64,000 nucleotides of DNA from an uncultured Collinsella sp. Its GTDB lineage: Bacteria > Actinomycetota > Coriobacteriia > Coriobacteriales > Coriobacteriaceae. The stretch lies in contig UQPP01000003.1 in assembly GCA_900543025.1 (NCBI GenBank), forward strand, positions 35,601 through 99,600. The letters are read 5' to 3'. The translations under genes and the position numbers were made by a program. The notes under the pieces are model-generated. The model saw nothing but the letters and a program-made list of their open reading frames with translations. It did no database searches and had not been told where the DNA came from. This document shows positions 49,311-59,607 of the stretch, piece after piece (position 1 is the stretch's first letter; every line of letters begins with the position of its first letter).

Positions 49311-51386
49311 ATGAAATTCTCGATTATTAGCGAGATCCCCGGCAGGACCCGTCTTCAATTGGCGGGTCCTGTGCCAGAGAGCGATCTCGATGCACTTCTT
49401 AAGCTCAGCGGCGACATCGACGGCGTGCGCAAGGTGCGCGTTTATGGCCGTATCGGCCAGATGGCGCTCGAATATGACGAGCGGTGTCGTGCGGACGTGT
49501 TCGACGCCTTGGGTGCGCTCGATGCCCAGGCCATTGCCGACGCAAAGACGGGTTACGTGATGCAGCTCGAGCCGCGCAAGCACAAACTCGTTATGGATCT
49601 TGCCACACTTATCGGTGCCCACTACGCGCGCCGCTGGTTCCTGCCTACGCCGCTGCGTGCGGTGTTTGTCGTGGCCGGTTACATGGCATTTTTGCGTGCT
49701 GCCCTTCATGAGCTGGCGCAGCCGCGCCTGACCGTTCCTGTGCTCGACGCTTCGGCCATCGGTATTTCGTTCGTCAAACGTGATGTCGACACCGCGGGCC
49801 AGACGATGTTCCTGCTCAACGTGGGCGAGCTGCTCGAGGACTACACCCGCGCCATGAGCGAAAACGAGCTCATCAACTCGCTGCTTGATGTGCCCGACAA
49901 GGCGCAAAAGGTCGTCGGCGACACCGAGGTAAGCGTTGCCGCGACCGAGCTCGAGCCCGGCGATTTGGTCGCCGTGCGCACCGGCATGTCCATCTGCATC
50001 GACGGCGTGGTCGAGCAGGGGAGCGCTATGGTCAACCAGGCGACCCTGACCGGAGAGCCGCTGGCCGTCGAGCGCAGCGTGGGCGACGACGTGTTCGCCG
50101 GTACTGTCGTGGAAGACGGCAGCATCTTGGTACGCGTGCGCGCCAATACGGCGCAAACCAAACTGCGCTCAATCGTCTCACTCGTGCAGACGGCCGACTC
50201 GCTCAAGTCCGAGGGCCAGTCGCATATGGAGGACCTTGCCAACAAGATCGTCCCGTGGAACTTCCTGCTCGCGGGCCTGGTTGCGCTTACCACCCGCAGT
50301 CTCATCAAGACCTCAGCGGCGCTGATGGTCGACTACTCGTGCGCACTCAAGCTCACGGGTTCCGTCGCCGTCATGACTGCCATGAGCGATGCTGCCAAGA
50401 TGGGCGTCATGGTCAAGGGCGCGAAGTACTTTGAGTCGTTTGCCAAGGCCGACACCATTGTGTTTGATAAGACCGGCACGCTCACCGAGGCGCAGCCGCG
50501 TCTAGCTTGCGTGCTCACGACCGATGGCTGGAGCGAGGACGAGGTCCTGCGCCTTTCCGCTTGTTTGGAGGAACATTTTCCGCATCCGGTGGCGCGTGCT
50601 GTGGTCAATGCTGCACGCGAGCGTGGGCTCGAGCACCGCGAGCGCCATGCCGCCGTCGAGTATATTGTGGCGCACGGCATCGCTTCGTCCATCGAAGGGC
50701 GTCGCGCCATCATCGGTTCCGCGCACTTTGTATTTGAGGACGAGGGCGCGCAGCTCGAGTCCGACATCAAGGAACGCATTGAGTCCCAGATGCAGGGGCT
50801 GTCGCCACTGTATCTGGCGGTCGACGGCACCGTTGTGGGCGTGCTCGGTATCGAGGACCCGCTTAAGCCCGGGGTTCGCGAGGCCATCGCCGACCTGCAT
50901 GCGCTGGGCGTTAAGCACGTGGTCATGCTCACGGGCGACTCGGAGCGCACCGCCGCACGCATTGCTCGCGAGGCAGGTGTCGACGAGTTTAAGGCCGAGC
51001 TGCTGCCCGAGGACAAGTACGCGTATGTGGAGCGCATTAAGGGCGAGGGGCGCTATGTTGCCATGGTGGGCGACGGCGTCAACGACTCACCGGCGCTGGG
51101 CTTGGCCGATGTGGGCCTGGCCATGGGTGGCGGAAGCGACATTGCCAAGGAGGTCGCCGATATCATCCTGACCGATACCGATCTCGCTGCAATCGTGCGC
51201 CTGCGCCGTATGAGCCAGGGGCTTATCGACCGTCTGACGAGTTCATATTCCAAGGTGATGCTCACCAACTCGGCGCTGTTGGCATTGGGTATTACCGGCA
51301 TGATCACTCCGCAGACTTCGTCACTGCTGCACAACGGCTCAACGATCGCCTACAGCCTGAGCAACGCGAAGGCATATCTGCGCTAG
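49311..51386 (+). CDS. Heavy-metal P1B-type ATPase with SCA motif
   Basis: TGEP, DYSCAL, DKTGTLT, HP, MLTGD, GDGVND, LLHN. Confidence 0.93.
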   Translation: MKFSIISEIPGRTRLQLAGPVPESDLDALLKLSGDIDGVRKVRVYGRIGQMALEYDERCRADVFDALGALDAQAIADAKTGYVMQLEPRKHKLVMDLATLIGAHYARRWFLPTPLRAVFVVAGYMAFLRAALHELAQPRLTVPVLDASAIGISFVKRDVDTAGQTMFLLNVGELLEDYTRAMSENELINSLLDVPDKAQKVVGDTEVSVAATELEPGDLVAVRTGMSICIDGVVEQGSAMVNQATLTGEPLAVERSVGDDVFAGTVVEDGSILVRVRANTAQTKLRSIVSLVQTADSLKSEGQSHMEDLANKIVPWNFLLAGLVALTTRSLIKTSAALMVDYSCALKLTGSVAVMTAMSDAAKMGVMVKGAKYFESFAKADTIVFDKTGTLTEAQPRLACVLTTDGWSEDEVLRLSACLEEHFPHPVARAVVNAARERGLEHRERHAAVEYIVAHGIASSIEGRRAIIGSAHFVFEDEGAQLESDIKERIESQMQGLSPLYLAVDGTVVGVLGIEDPLKPGVREAIADLHALGVKHVVMLTGDSERTAARIAREAGVDEFKAELLPEDKYAYVERIKGEGRYVAMVGDGVNDSPALGLADVGLAMGGGSDIAKEVADIILTDTDLAAIVRLRRMSQGLIDRLTSSYSKVMLTNSALLALGITGMITPQTSSLLHNGSTIAYSLSNAKAYLR

Positions 51387-51410
51387 CAGACGTGTTCGTC
51401 TACGTTATCT

Positions 51411-51456
51411 GGCCTGCGCCCAGACGGCATCGGTGTCGTCCGGGCGCAGGCCTTTT
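51411..51456 (+). terminator. Intrinsic terminator
   Basis: GGCCTGCGCCC/GGGCGCAGGCC plus TTTT. Confidence 0.8.
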
Positions 51457-51529
51457 GCATTTGAACATTTGCTAACTTCTCTATATAGTGTTGCTAGCAA
51501 GGCTAGCAATTGAAGGGAGCGAGATCGAC

Positions 51530-51883
51530 GTGGGTGCTGTTAGCGGCGTGGCGCAGGTGAACGTTCGCGTGGATCGCCAGGTCAAGGATCATGCGGAGGA
51601 AGTGTTGCGGCTTTCGGGCGCCTCGCTGCCCGAGCTTATCAAAAAGGTCGTAGCGAAGGTTGCACAGGGCGGCGGTTCGTGCGAAGAGGTGTTGTCGGCC
51701 GTTGACGACCAACTGCCTAGTGCTGGTGCCACCTCGCCGTTCGCCGCATCGTGGGCGGCGGCGGATCAGCTTTACGCGGACCTGGGCATTGCTACGTCGC
51801 CCGTATCCGACGATCGCGATTGGGACACAATCTATTCCGAAGCCATGGACGAGCGCTATCGCCAAAAGGGGATGATCCTGTGA
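51530..51883 (+). CDS. RelB-like ribbon-helix-helix antitoxin
   Basis: AQVNVRVDRQVK..AEEVL...G; upstream dyad TTGCTAGC-AAG-GCTAGCAA (51491-51509). Confidence 0.7.
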   Translation: MGAVSGVAQVNVRVDRQVKDHAEEVLRLSGASLPELIKKVVAKVAQGGGSCEEVLSAVDDQLPSAGATSPFAASWAAADQLYADLGIATSPVSDDRDWDTIYSEAMDERYRQKGMIL

Positions 51884-52395
51884 GCGGGGCTCTCCTCAAA
51901 ATAATGGTGGATGCCAACGTATGGGTTGATTCGTTTTGCGCCGACCATGCCGAGTCGCTTGCCGCGCGTGCGTTTATTGGGCAGGCGGCGGAGGCGGGGG
52001 CATTGCTGTTCTTCCCGGTTCATATCGCCAAGGACGTGCTGTACGTTGTCCAACATGAGCTGAAGCGCAGCGTTCTTGCCAGCGGGGGAGCGCTCGACGA
52101 GGCGTCTGCCCGCGCGATTGGCGATGCGGCGCTGGCGTTTGTTCGGAATATGACCGAAAACGCCACGGCCGTGGGTGCAGATGCGTCGGACCTTTGGCTG
52201 GCCGACAAATACTTAGCGCTCCATCGCGATTACGAAGACAACTTGGTGCTCGCCGCGTGTAAGCGCGCGCAGGTCGATTACTTGGTGACCAACGATCGCA
52301 AACTGCTCGAGCATGCCGATCTCGCAGCAAAGACACCTCGTCAAATGATGCCGATTCTTGCTTTGGCCGAACGTGGTGGGCGGGTGTCCTGCTAG
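51880..52395 (+). CDS. PIN-domain toxin
   Basis: IMVDANVWVD, DYEDNL, LVTND; GTGA overlap with the antitoxin. Confidence 0.85.
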   Translation: MSGALLKIMVDANVWVDSFCADHAESLAARAFIGQAAEAGALLFFPVHIAKDVLYVVQHELKRSVLASGGALDEASARAIGDAALAFVRNMTENATAVGADASDLWLADKYLALHRDYEDNLVLAACKRAQVDYLVTNDRKLLEHADLAAKTPRQMMPILALAERGGRVSC

Positions 52396-52455
52396 CGCCT
52401 GGCTGTCTGCGCGGCCTTCGGAACGTCGGCGCCCAGAAGGCCGCGCATCCTTTAA

Positions 52456-52890
52456 TTACAAAAGCGCTGCCTTGACGAGGGGAGCTTCGGCGAGCTTTTC
52501 GGCAGCCTTTTCATCGGAATCGTTTAGTGCTGCCAGGCTGCGGTAGACCCACTCGTTGACCTGGGTGTTTTTGACGCCTGCGGTCTGCATAAGGGCGCCT
52601 ATCTCGCGGATTGCTGCGAACAGATCGGCTTTGGGACCCGTGAGCTCGACCTCGATGCCGTGGTAGGCGGCCACGCCGCGGTTCTCACTCACGTGGTCGA
52701 TAAAGCCCTCGACGGTCTCAAGCTGCTGGGCGAGAGCTGCATCATCGTCAGCGTCCAGCGCGACGAGTGCGTTCGATACCGTGAGGGCGGGATGTCCGCA
52801 GGGAACAAAGCCCTCGATGACATCCATAGCTTCGGTAATGGTTGAGCCCAGGCCTGCGAGGGCATTGACGAGTTGCTGCTTGGTATCCAT
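52456..52890 (-). CDS. Hypothetical helical protein
   Basis: AAAGGA RBS; coding-like composition; no recognised family. Confidence 0.75.
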   Translation of the reverse strand: MDTKQQLVNALAGLGSTITEAMDVIEGFVPCGHPALTVSNALVALDADDDAALAQQLETVEGFIDHVSENRGVAAYHGIEVELTGPKADLFAAIREIGALMQTAGVKNTQVNEWVYRSLAALNDSDEKAAEKLAEAPLVKAALL

Positions 52891-53129
52891 AACGGTCCTT
52901 TCGACGGGTCAATTTTGCTTGGCGAAAATATACGTGACGCGATCGGTATCAAAAGTGCGAAGTGCAGTGCACATTAGGGTCTTCACAGCTCGTGCATAGA
53001 GCGGCTGTCTGCCTTTAGAACGTGGTAAGATAGCTATCCACGAGCGGGGTTCACCCCGCATGTTCCTTGAAAAGTCGACGGTTATCGGGTGTTTGCAGAC
53101 CCGATACCATCCAGACTTTCCCGACATTC

Positions 53130-53493
53130 GGGGGCGACTGGTTTCGACACGATAGCTCTGAGAGAGGAAGCAAGCCGAGGTCTCCTCGCCTCGTTAAACA
53201 GGGGTACCGTCAAATTGAATTGACAACAACTCTTCTTTTGAGCCTATGGCTCTCGCTGCTTAGTTTATAGCGGCGCGTCAACCCGGTGATTTCCCCGACA
53301 CCGGCGCGACGTCATGTTAGGGGAATGCTCCTGCGCACGTAATCGGTATGGCGCAGGCTAAGACCGAACCGGTTAGGACGCCGCGAGCGTGTCGCTGCGC
53401 GCAAAGCGCCCGAGACTAAACCAGCGACTGAGCTTGGAGATGCCAATCAGGGGGCTTTCGTGGACCGGAGTTCGATTCTCCGCGCCTCCACCA
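53130..53493 (+). ncRNA. ssrA: tmRNA
   Basis: GGGGGCG/CGCCTCC acceptor stem with G3.U, T-arm CGGAG-TTCGATT-CTCCG, ACCA end; tag ORF DNNSSFEPMALAA* at 53222-53263. Confidence 0.95.
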
Positions 53494-53501
53494 GAAGTAA
53501 C

Positions 53502-53535
53502 AGGCAGGTAGATATTCGTATCTACCTGCCTTTTT
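53502..53535 (+). terminator. ssrA terminator
   Basis: AGGCAGGTAGATA/TATCTACCTGCCT plus T-run. Confidence 0.85.
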
Positions 53536-53548
53536 ATTTCTAGTACGC

Positions 53549-53771
53549 ACCGCGGAGAATCGAACTCTGTGCAGGGCGTGAGCGTTTTTAGCCCGCGGGT
53601 GAGGACGCCGGCAGGCGACCGAAGCCGGTGCGGATTTGCGAAGCAAATACGCGGATTCTCCGCGCAATGCCCCAGCTAGATATAGATGCGATGCCGATCG
53701 GGCGTCTTGCCCCGGCCTCAACCCATCAACGGATTCCCCAAACCGCGGAGAATCGAACTCTATGCAGGGCG
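53549..53771. repeat. Two 30-bp repeats containing an inverted copy of the tmRNA T-arm
   Basis: ACCGCGGAGAATCGAACTCT(G/A)TGCAGGGCG at 53549 and 53742. Confidence 0.85.
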
Positions 53772-53800
53772 CGGCCGTAAAGAAAACGCCTTGGCAACGC

Positions 53801-54130
53801 AGACCGGGACACGCTTTCCCAATGGCGGCCCAGGCGGAAAGTCCATCCCGGAATCCGCGCTCAGACTGGGATGTAGTTTCCGGATGATGCCTCAAGCGGA
53901 AACTGCGACCCGGAATCGAGCCGTAGAGTGGGATATGCTTTCCCAATGGCAGCTCAAGCGGAAAGTACATCCCGGAATCCTCGTTCGGAATGGGATGCAG
54001 TTTCCAAATGAATGGCTAGCGGAAAGTTCATCCCGGAATCCGCGCTCAGAACGGGACGCGCTTTCCCAGCGGCGGTCCAAGCGGAAAGCGCATCCCGGAA
54101 TCTCGCCTCAAACTGGGACACACTTTCCGC
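53801..54130. repeat. Tandem array of about 5.5 palindromic 61-62-bp units
   Basis: GCGGAAA at 53834, 53896, 53958, 54019, 54081; invariant CCCGGAATC, GGGA and TTTCC blocks. Confidence 0.9.
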
Positions 54131-54215
54131 TTCACTTGCCGCCTCAAAAAACCTGCGCTCTCGCCATCCCAAAACTGGGTAGAAGAAGGCCAAAACGCAA
54201 TCGCAGGAGGTCAAT

Positions 54216-55094
54216 ATGACTGCAGAAGATAAGGCAAAGAATGCCGGCAAGGTCGCGCTCGTCCTGGAGGGCGGTAGTTTTCGCGGGCAGTTTACCGCGG
54301 GCGTGCTCGACGTTCTCATGGAGGCTGGCGTCGAGATTCCGGCTGTCTACGGTGTATCGGCCGGCGCCCTCAACGGCGTGAACTACAAGTCGCACCAGAT
54401 CGGTCGTGCCAACCGCATCAACCTGGCTTTCTGCAACGACAGCCGCTTCATGGGCGCCGCATCGTTTGCGTCCACGGGCTCTATTGTGGGTTACGACTTT
54501 ATCTTCAATGATGTCCAGGACCGCCTGGATCCCTTTGACAACGAGACGTTCGACGCGAGCCCCATCGAGATGTACGCCGTTGCGACGGACATGCTCTTTG
54601 GAACCGCTGCCTACCTGCCGGTCAAAAGCGCCGTACTTGACCTCGATGCCGTGCGCGCCTCGACCTCGTTGCCTCTGGTGACGCCGCCGGTCGAGATCGA
54701 CGGGCACAAATACGTCGACGGCGGCGTGGCCGATTCGGTCCCTATCGAGCATGTGCTCGAGGAGGCGGGCTTCGACCGTGCGGTCGTCATCGTCACGCAG
54801 GACCGTTCGTATGAGAAAAAGCCCTACGAGTTTTTGCCGGCCGCGCGTGCGCGTTATGCCGACTACCCCTATCTGCTCGAGGCTATCGAGACGCGCCACG
54901 ACCGTTACAACATTCAGCGCATGCACCTGTGGAAGTATGAGCGCGAGGGCCGTGCGTTGGTCGTCGCTCCGCAAAAGCCGGTCGAGGTCGGCCATGTCGA
55001 GCACGATTCGGCAAAGCTTCTGGACCTGTATATCCAGGGCCGTCAGGAGGCAAAGCGCCTGCTCGCGGAAATCCAAGAGTTCGTTGAGCGCTAG
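54216..55094 (+). CDS. Patatin-family phospholipase-like protein
   Basis: LVLEGGSFRG, GVSAG, DGG. Confidence 0.9.
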   Translation: MTAEDKAKNAGKVALVLEGGSFRGQFTAGVLDVLMEAGVEIPAVYGVSAGALNGVNYKSHQIGRANRINLAFCNDSRFMGAASFASTGSIVGYDFIFNDVQDRLDPFDNETFDASPIEMYAVATDMLFGTAAYLPVKSAVLDLDAVRASTSLPLVTPPVEIDGHKYVDGGVADSVPIEHVLEEAGFDRAVVIVTQDRSYEKKPYEFLPAARARYADYPYLLEAIETRHDRYNIQRMHLWKYEREGRALVVAPQKPVEVGHVEHDSAKLLDLYIQGRQEAKRLLAEIQEFVER

Positions 55095-55287
55095 CGACGG
55101 CGAACCCTCAAAAAATGACAACAGCTAAAGAGCTGGAAAATCACGGCTCGTGGATGACATGTGCAGAAACTCTGGTCGGAGCCAAAATACCTGTTGACTC
55201 GTACGGCGAGCGGGGTAATATGGACGGGTTACTTGCAGAGCCCCGTGAATCTCTGTAACAACACGTACTGTACATGGAGGAGTCTAA

Positions 55288-55731
55288 GTGATTTCGAAAT
55301 CGACTCACTACGCCAAGCAGGGCGAGGTCCAGCGCAACTGGGTTCTCGTCGACGCCGATGGTGCTGTCCTGGGCCGTCTTGCCACCCAGATCGCAATGAT
55401 CCTGCGCGGTAAGAACAAGCCCCAGTTCACGCCCAACAGCGACTGCGGCGACTTCGTTGTCGTCATCAACGCCGATAAGGTCCAGCTTACCGGTAACAAG
55501 GCCGACACGAAGACCTATTATCGCCACAGCGGCTACAACGGCGGCCTCAAGGCTGAGAGCTTCCGCCAGGCTATGGAGAAGCACCCGGAGAAGGTCATCG
55601 AGCGCGCCGTTCGCGGTATGCTGCCCAAGACCACCCTCGGCCGTGCCCAGATGACCAAGCTTAAGGTCTACGCTGGTGCCGAGCATCCGCATGCTGCCCA
55701 GAACCCCACGAAGATTGAGCTGGAGGCTTAA
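55288..55731 (+). CDS. rplM: 50S ribosomal protein L13
   Basis: WVLVDA..LGRLA..LRGKNKP.FTP..DCGD; YYRHSGY; RGMLPK. Confidence 0.98.
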   Translation: MISKSTHYAKQGEVQRNWVLVDADGAVLGRLATQIAMILRGKNKPQFTPNSDCGDFVVVINADKVQLTGNKADTKTYYRHSGYNGGLKAESFRQAMEKHPEKVIERAVRGMLPKTTLGRAQMTKLKVYAGAEHPHAAQNPTKIELEA

Positions 55732-55733
55732 AG

Positions 55734-56129
<396 letters not shown>

Positions 56130-56252
56130 GGTTTTATCTCCTTTCGAGATACAATGTACAAGCGGGGCCTGCCGATTCCTCGGCGGGTCCCGCTTTTCTT
56201 TTTCGACTAGGGTGGGCGGTTGTATATCGCCTGCTAGGGAAGGAGCAATCCT

Positions 56253-57590
56253 ATGCCCCAGAACATCTTCGGTACCGATGGCGTCCGTGGCGTCGCCAAT
56301 GCCGACCTCTCGTGCGACCTCGCGTTTCGCCTGGGCCGCGCGGCGACCAAGTTTCTTGGTCCGGATATCTGCATCGGCCGCGACACGCGTCTTTCGGGCA
56401 CCATGCTCGAGAGCGCTCTGACCGCCGGCATCATGGCCGAGGGTGGCCGCCCGCATTGCTGCGGCGTTATTCCCACGCCCGCCGTGGCGCTGCTCACTGT
56501 TCAAAACGAGCTCGATGGCGGCATTGTCATCTCCGCTTCGCACAATCCGCCGGAGTTCAACGGCATCAAGTTCTTTAGCCGCAAGGGTATGAAGCTTCCC
56601 GATGCTGTCGAGGAAGAGATCAGCGCCTGGGTCATGTCCGAGGAAGCCATGGCTGCCGACACGCTGCCGACCGGTGCCGACGTGGGCCACATCATCAAGA
56701 TGAAGGACGCCCGCAAGGCATATGTCGACCATGCCATCGATACGCTTGATGGCCTGAGGCTCGACGGCCTGGTCGTTGCCGTCGACTGCGGTCACGGTGC
56801 CTCCTGCCAGACTACGCCCGCCGCGCTGCAGCGCTTGGGTGCCACGGTGCACGCCATCAACACCGATTATTGCGGCACCGACATTAATGTTGAGTGCGGC
56901 TCTACGCACCTCGAGCCCCTTCGCGAGCTCGTGCTGCGCACCCATGCTGATATCGGCCTGGCCCACGACGGCGACGCCGACCGCGTACTGTTCGTGGACA
57001 GCGAGGGCAATGAGATCGACGGTGACTACATCCTGGCTATCTGCGGTTCTGACCTCGCCGCTCGCGGCAAGCTCGCCAACTCCGAGATCGTCTCGACCGT
57101 CATGTGCAACCTGGGCTTCTCCATCGCTATGAAGGAGCAGGGCTTCGAGATGGTTCAGACCGCCGTGGGCGACCGCTACGTTCTGGAGCGCATGCTCGCG
57201 GACGGCGCCGTCATCGGCGGCGAACAGTCCGGCCACATCATCTTTCTGGAGCACAACACCACCGGTGACGGCCTGGTGACGGCTCTGCAGCTTCTGGCCG
57301 TGCTCAAGCGCACCGGTCGTACCCTCACCGATCTTGCCGGCATCATGAAGAAGTACCCGCAGGTACTCGTTAACGTGCATTCCGACAACAAGGCCGGTCT
57401 GGACGATTGCCAGCCCATCTGGGATGCCGTCGCTGCTGCCGAGAAGGAGCTTGACGGTCGCGGCCGCATTCTGGTGCGTCCGAGTGGCACCGAGCCGCTG
57501 GTCCGCGTGATGGCCGAGGCCGAGACGCACGAGCTGACCCAGCGCGTTGTCGACGACATCGTCGAGGTTGTCAAGCGCGAACTTCCCTAA
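56253..57590 (+). CDS. glmM: Phosphoglucosamine mutase
   Basis: FGTDGVRG, ISASHNP, DGDADR, GGEQSGH, RPSGTEP. Confidence 0.97.
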   Translation: MPQNIFGTDGVRGVANADLSCDLAFRLGRAATKFLGPDICIGRDTRLSGTMLESALTAGIMAEGGRPHCCGVIPTPAVALLTVQNELDGGIVISASHNPPEFNGIKFFSRKGMKLPDAVEEEISAWVMSEEAMAADTLPTGADVGHIIKMKDARKAYVDHAIDTLDGLRLDGLVVAVDCGHGASCQTTPAALQRLGATVHAINTDYCGTDINVECGSTHLEPLRELVLRTHADIGLAHDGDADRVLFVDSEGNEIDGDYILAICGSDLAARGKLANSEIVSTVMCNLGFSIAMKEQGFEMVQTAVGDRYVLERMLADGAVIGGEQSGHIIFLEHNTTGDGLVTALQLLAVLKRTGRTLTDLAGIMKKYPQVLVNVHSDNKAGLDDCQPIWDAVAAAEKELDGRGRILVRPSGTEPLVRVMAEAETHELTQRVVDDIVEVVKRELP

Positions 57591-57661
57591 TGGTCAAAAA
57601 CGGGTGCCAAGTGGTAAACTGTTAAGGTTATTTTGATTGATTGGTATGTCCGAGGGGGAGC

Positions 57662-58159
57662 ATGTTCACTAAAGTCCTAAGGTCTTTGGGTATGCGTGGT
57701 CGAGTCCTTACGCTGGATGCTCCCATCTCGGGCGACGTCATTCCACTTTCCGAGGTAAACGACCAGACGTTTGCTACCGGCCTTTTGGGCCAGGGCGTGG
57801 CGATTCAGCCCACCGGAACGCGTGTGATTGCACCGGCTGATGCCAAGGTCGAGGCCATTTTTCCCACGGGACACGCCGTTGCGCTTAACACGGTCGATGG
57901 CCTGGACGTGCTCATCCACGTTGGTTTGGACACTGTTCAGCTCGAGGGCAAGCACTTTACCGTACATGCGCAAGTGCGTGACATCGTCCATAAGGGCGAT
58001 GTACTCATTGAGTTCGATCGCGAGGCAATTGCTGCCGAGGGCTACGATGTGACGGTTCCCATCTTGGTGTGCAACTCCGTTGAGTTCTCGAGCATCAAGG
58101 GCTCCGTTGGCGTGCATGTCGAAGAGATGGACCAGCTTATCGTTGCTCGCGAGCGCTAG
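57662..58159 (+). CDS. PTS glucose-family IIA component
   Basis: D.TFA..LGQG.AI, FPTGHA, LIHVGLDTVQLEG. Confidence 0.92.
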   Translation: MFTKVLRSLGMRGRVLTLDAPISGDVIPLSEVNDQTFATGLLGQGVAIQPTGTRVIAPADAKVEAIFPTGHAVALNTVDGLDVLIHVGLDTVQLEGKHFTVHAQVRDIVHKGDVLIEFDREAIAAEGYDVTVPILVCNSVEFSSIKGSVGVHVEEMDQLIVARER

Positions 58160-58430
58160 CAAGTGCACGTGGCCATTAGCCTACAATTCAAACACGTTTA
58201 CGGAGGGCGCCCTTGAAAGAGGACGCCCTCCGTGGCAAGATGGGATTTGTCCGAAGCTAAAAGGCTTTGGGTCACCGTGGACGGGCAGGGGCCTCGACGC
58301 GGCTAGACACGAGACACATACATTACGCGACCTCGCCCTGGTGGCCGCACACGTTGGTTGCGGCCGACGCGGGCCGCGGGCAAGTGCTTGTAAGGGAGCC
58401 TTGCCTCTCTTGTACGAGAAAGGACGCGTA

Positions 58431-59159
58431 ATGAAGATCATTAAAGCTAAAGACTACGAGGATATGAGCCGCAAGGCCGCTAATATCATCTCGGCCCAGG
58501 TTATCCTCAAGCCCGACTGTGTGCTGGGCCTTGCCACCGGCTCCACCCCGATCGGTGCCTACAAGCAGCTCGCTGCTTGGTACAAGAAGGGCGACGTCGA
58601 CTTTGCCGAGGTCAGCACCTACAACCTGGACGAGTATCGCGGCCTTTCGCACGACGATCCCCAGAGCTATCACTACTTCATGCGTGAGAACTTCTTCGAT
58701 CACATCAACATCGACCTTAACAACACGCATGTGCCCGATGGCTCCAACCCCGACGCCGCCGCTGCCTGCTCTGAGTACGACAAGATTGTCGCCGAGGCCG
58801 GTTACCCGGATCTGCAGCTGCTCGGTATTGGCAACAACGGCCACATCGGCTTCAACGAGCCCGATGACCACTTCTCCAAGGGCACGCACTGCGTCGACCT
58901 CACCGAGAGCACCATTCAGGCCAACAGCCGCCTGTTCGACAGCATCGACGATGTTCCCCGTCAGGCCTACACCATGGGTACCCAGACCATCATGTATGCC
59001 CGTATGATCCTGGTTGTCGCCAACGGCGAGGCCAAGGCTCAGGCCGTGCATGACATGTGCTATGGTCCGGTTACGCCCGAGTGCCCGGCTTCGATCCTGC
59101 AGCTGCACACCAACTGCGTTGTCGTTGCCGATGAGGCCGCCCTTTCGCTCTGCGAGTAG
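58431..59159 (+). CDS. nagB: Glucosamine-6-phosphate deaminase
   Basis: VLGLATGSTP, NLDEY, LGIGNNGHIGFNEP, PASILQLH. Confidence 0.96.
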   Translation: MKIIKAKDYEDMSRKAANIISAQVILKPDCVLGLATGSTPIGAYKQLAAWYKKGDVDFAEVSTYNLDEYRGLSHDDPQSYHYFMRENFFDHINIDLNNTHVPDGSNPDAAAACSEYDKIVAEAGYPDLQLLGIGNNGHIGFNEPDDHFSKGTHCVDLTESTIQANSRLFDSIDDVPRQAYTMGTQTIMYARMILVVANGEAKAQAVHDMCYGPVTPECPASILQLHTNCVVVADEAALSLCE

Positions 59160-59191
59160 CGCGAATCCTGCAGCTCGACATAGCCTTGCCT

Positions 59192-59219
59192 AAGGCCTCC
59201 GCTTTGCGGGGGCCTTTTT
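59192..59219 (+). terminator. Terminator after nagB
   Basis: AAGGCCTCCGC/GCGGGGGCCTT plus T-run. Confidence 0.8.
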
Positions 59220-59607
59220 GCTATCCCTTTTTACCCACTTGACCAAAATCTTGCCGCAAGCTTGACGAATGCCGGATGCCCAACAGCTTGATTCATTCCA
59301 TACCAGATTCTATGCAAAAATGCCACTAGAAGGTCGTAGACGGTAGCGGGTGCTAGGCGAGTTGAATGACATGGCTGAACCTTGTTCATCTGCGTTACAC
59401 TGCCGCTTAGATGGGACAAGCTGACAAGCTCATTTACCTGCTTAAAGACCGATTAGTCGGGGGATTAATAATAATCGGCCCTCGCTGTACAAAAACTTGC
59501 CGCTTGCGTACCAAAAGACAACCTAAAACACAAGGTCGCTCTATTCATAGCGCGGCTTGTATGGTCTTGCGGCTACAGTGTCCATACGGTCGAGTTGAGG
59601 AGCGGGC

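Noticed and set aside
53801..54130. CRISPR array
   Set aside because: Units are degenerate with several short conserved blocks, there is no identical repeat with unique 30-40-bp spacers, and no cas genes or leader are present
53494..54215. Prophage or genomic island integrated at ssrA
   Set aside because: No integrase and no full direct repeat of the tmRNA 3' end; housekeeping-type genes resume within about 700 bp
53416..54319. ORFs spanning the post-tmRNA repeats
   Set aside because: They are translations of non-coding repeats; the 62-bp period is not a multiple of three
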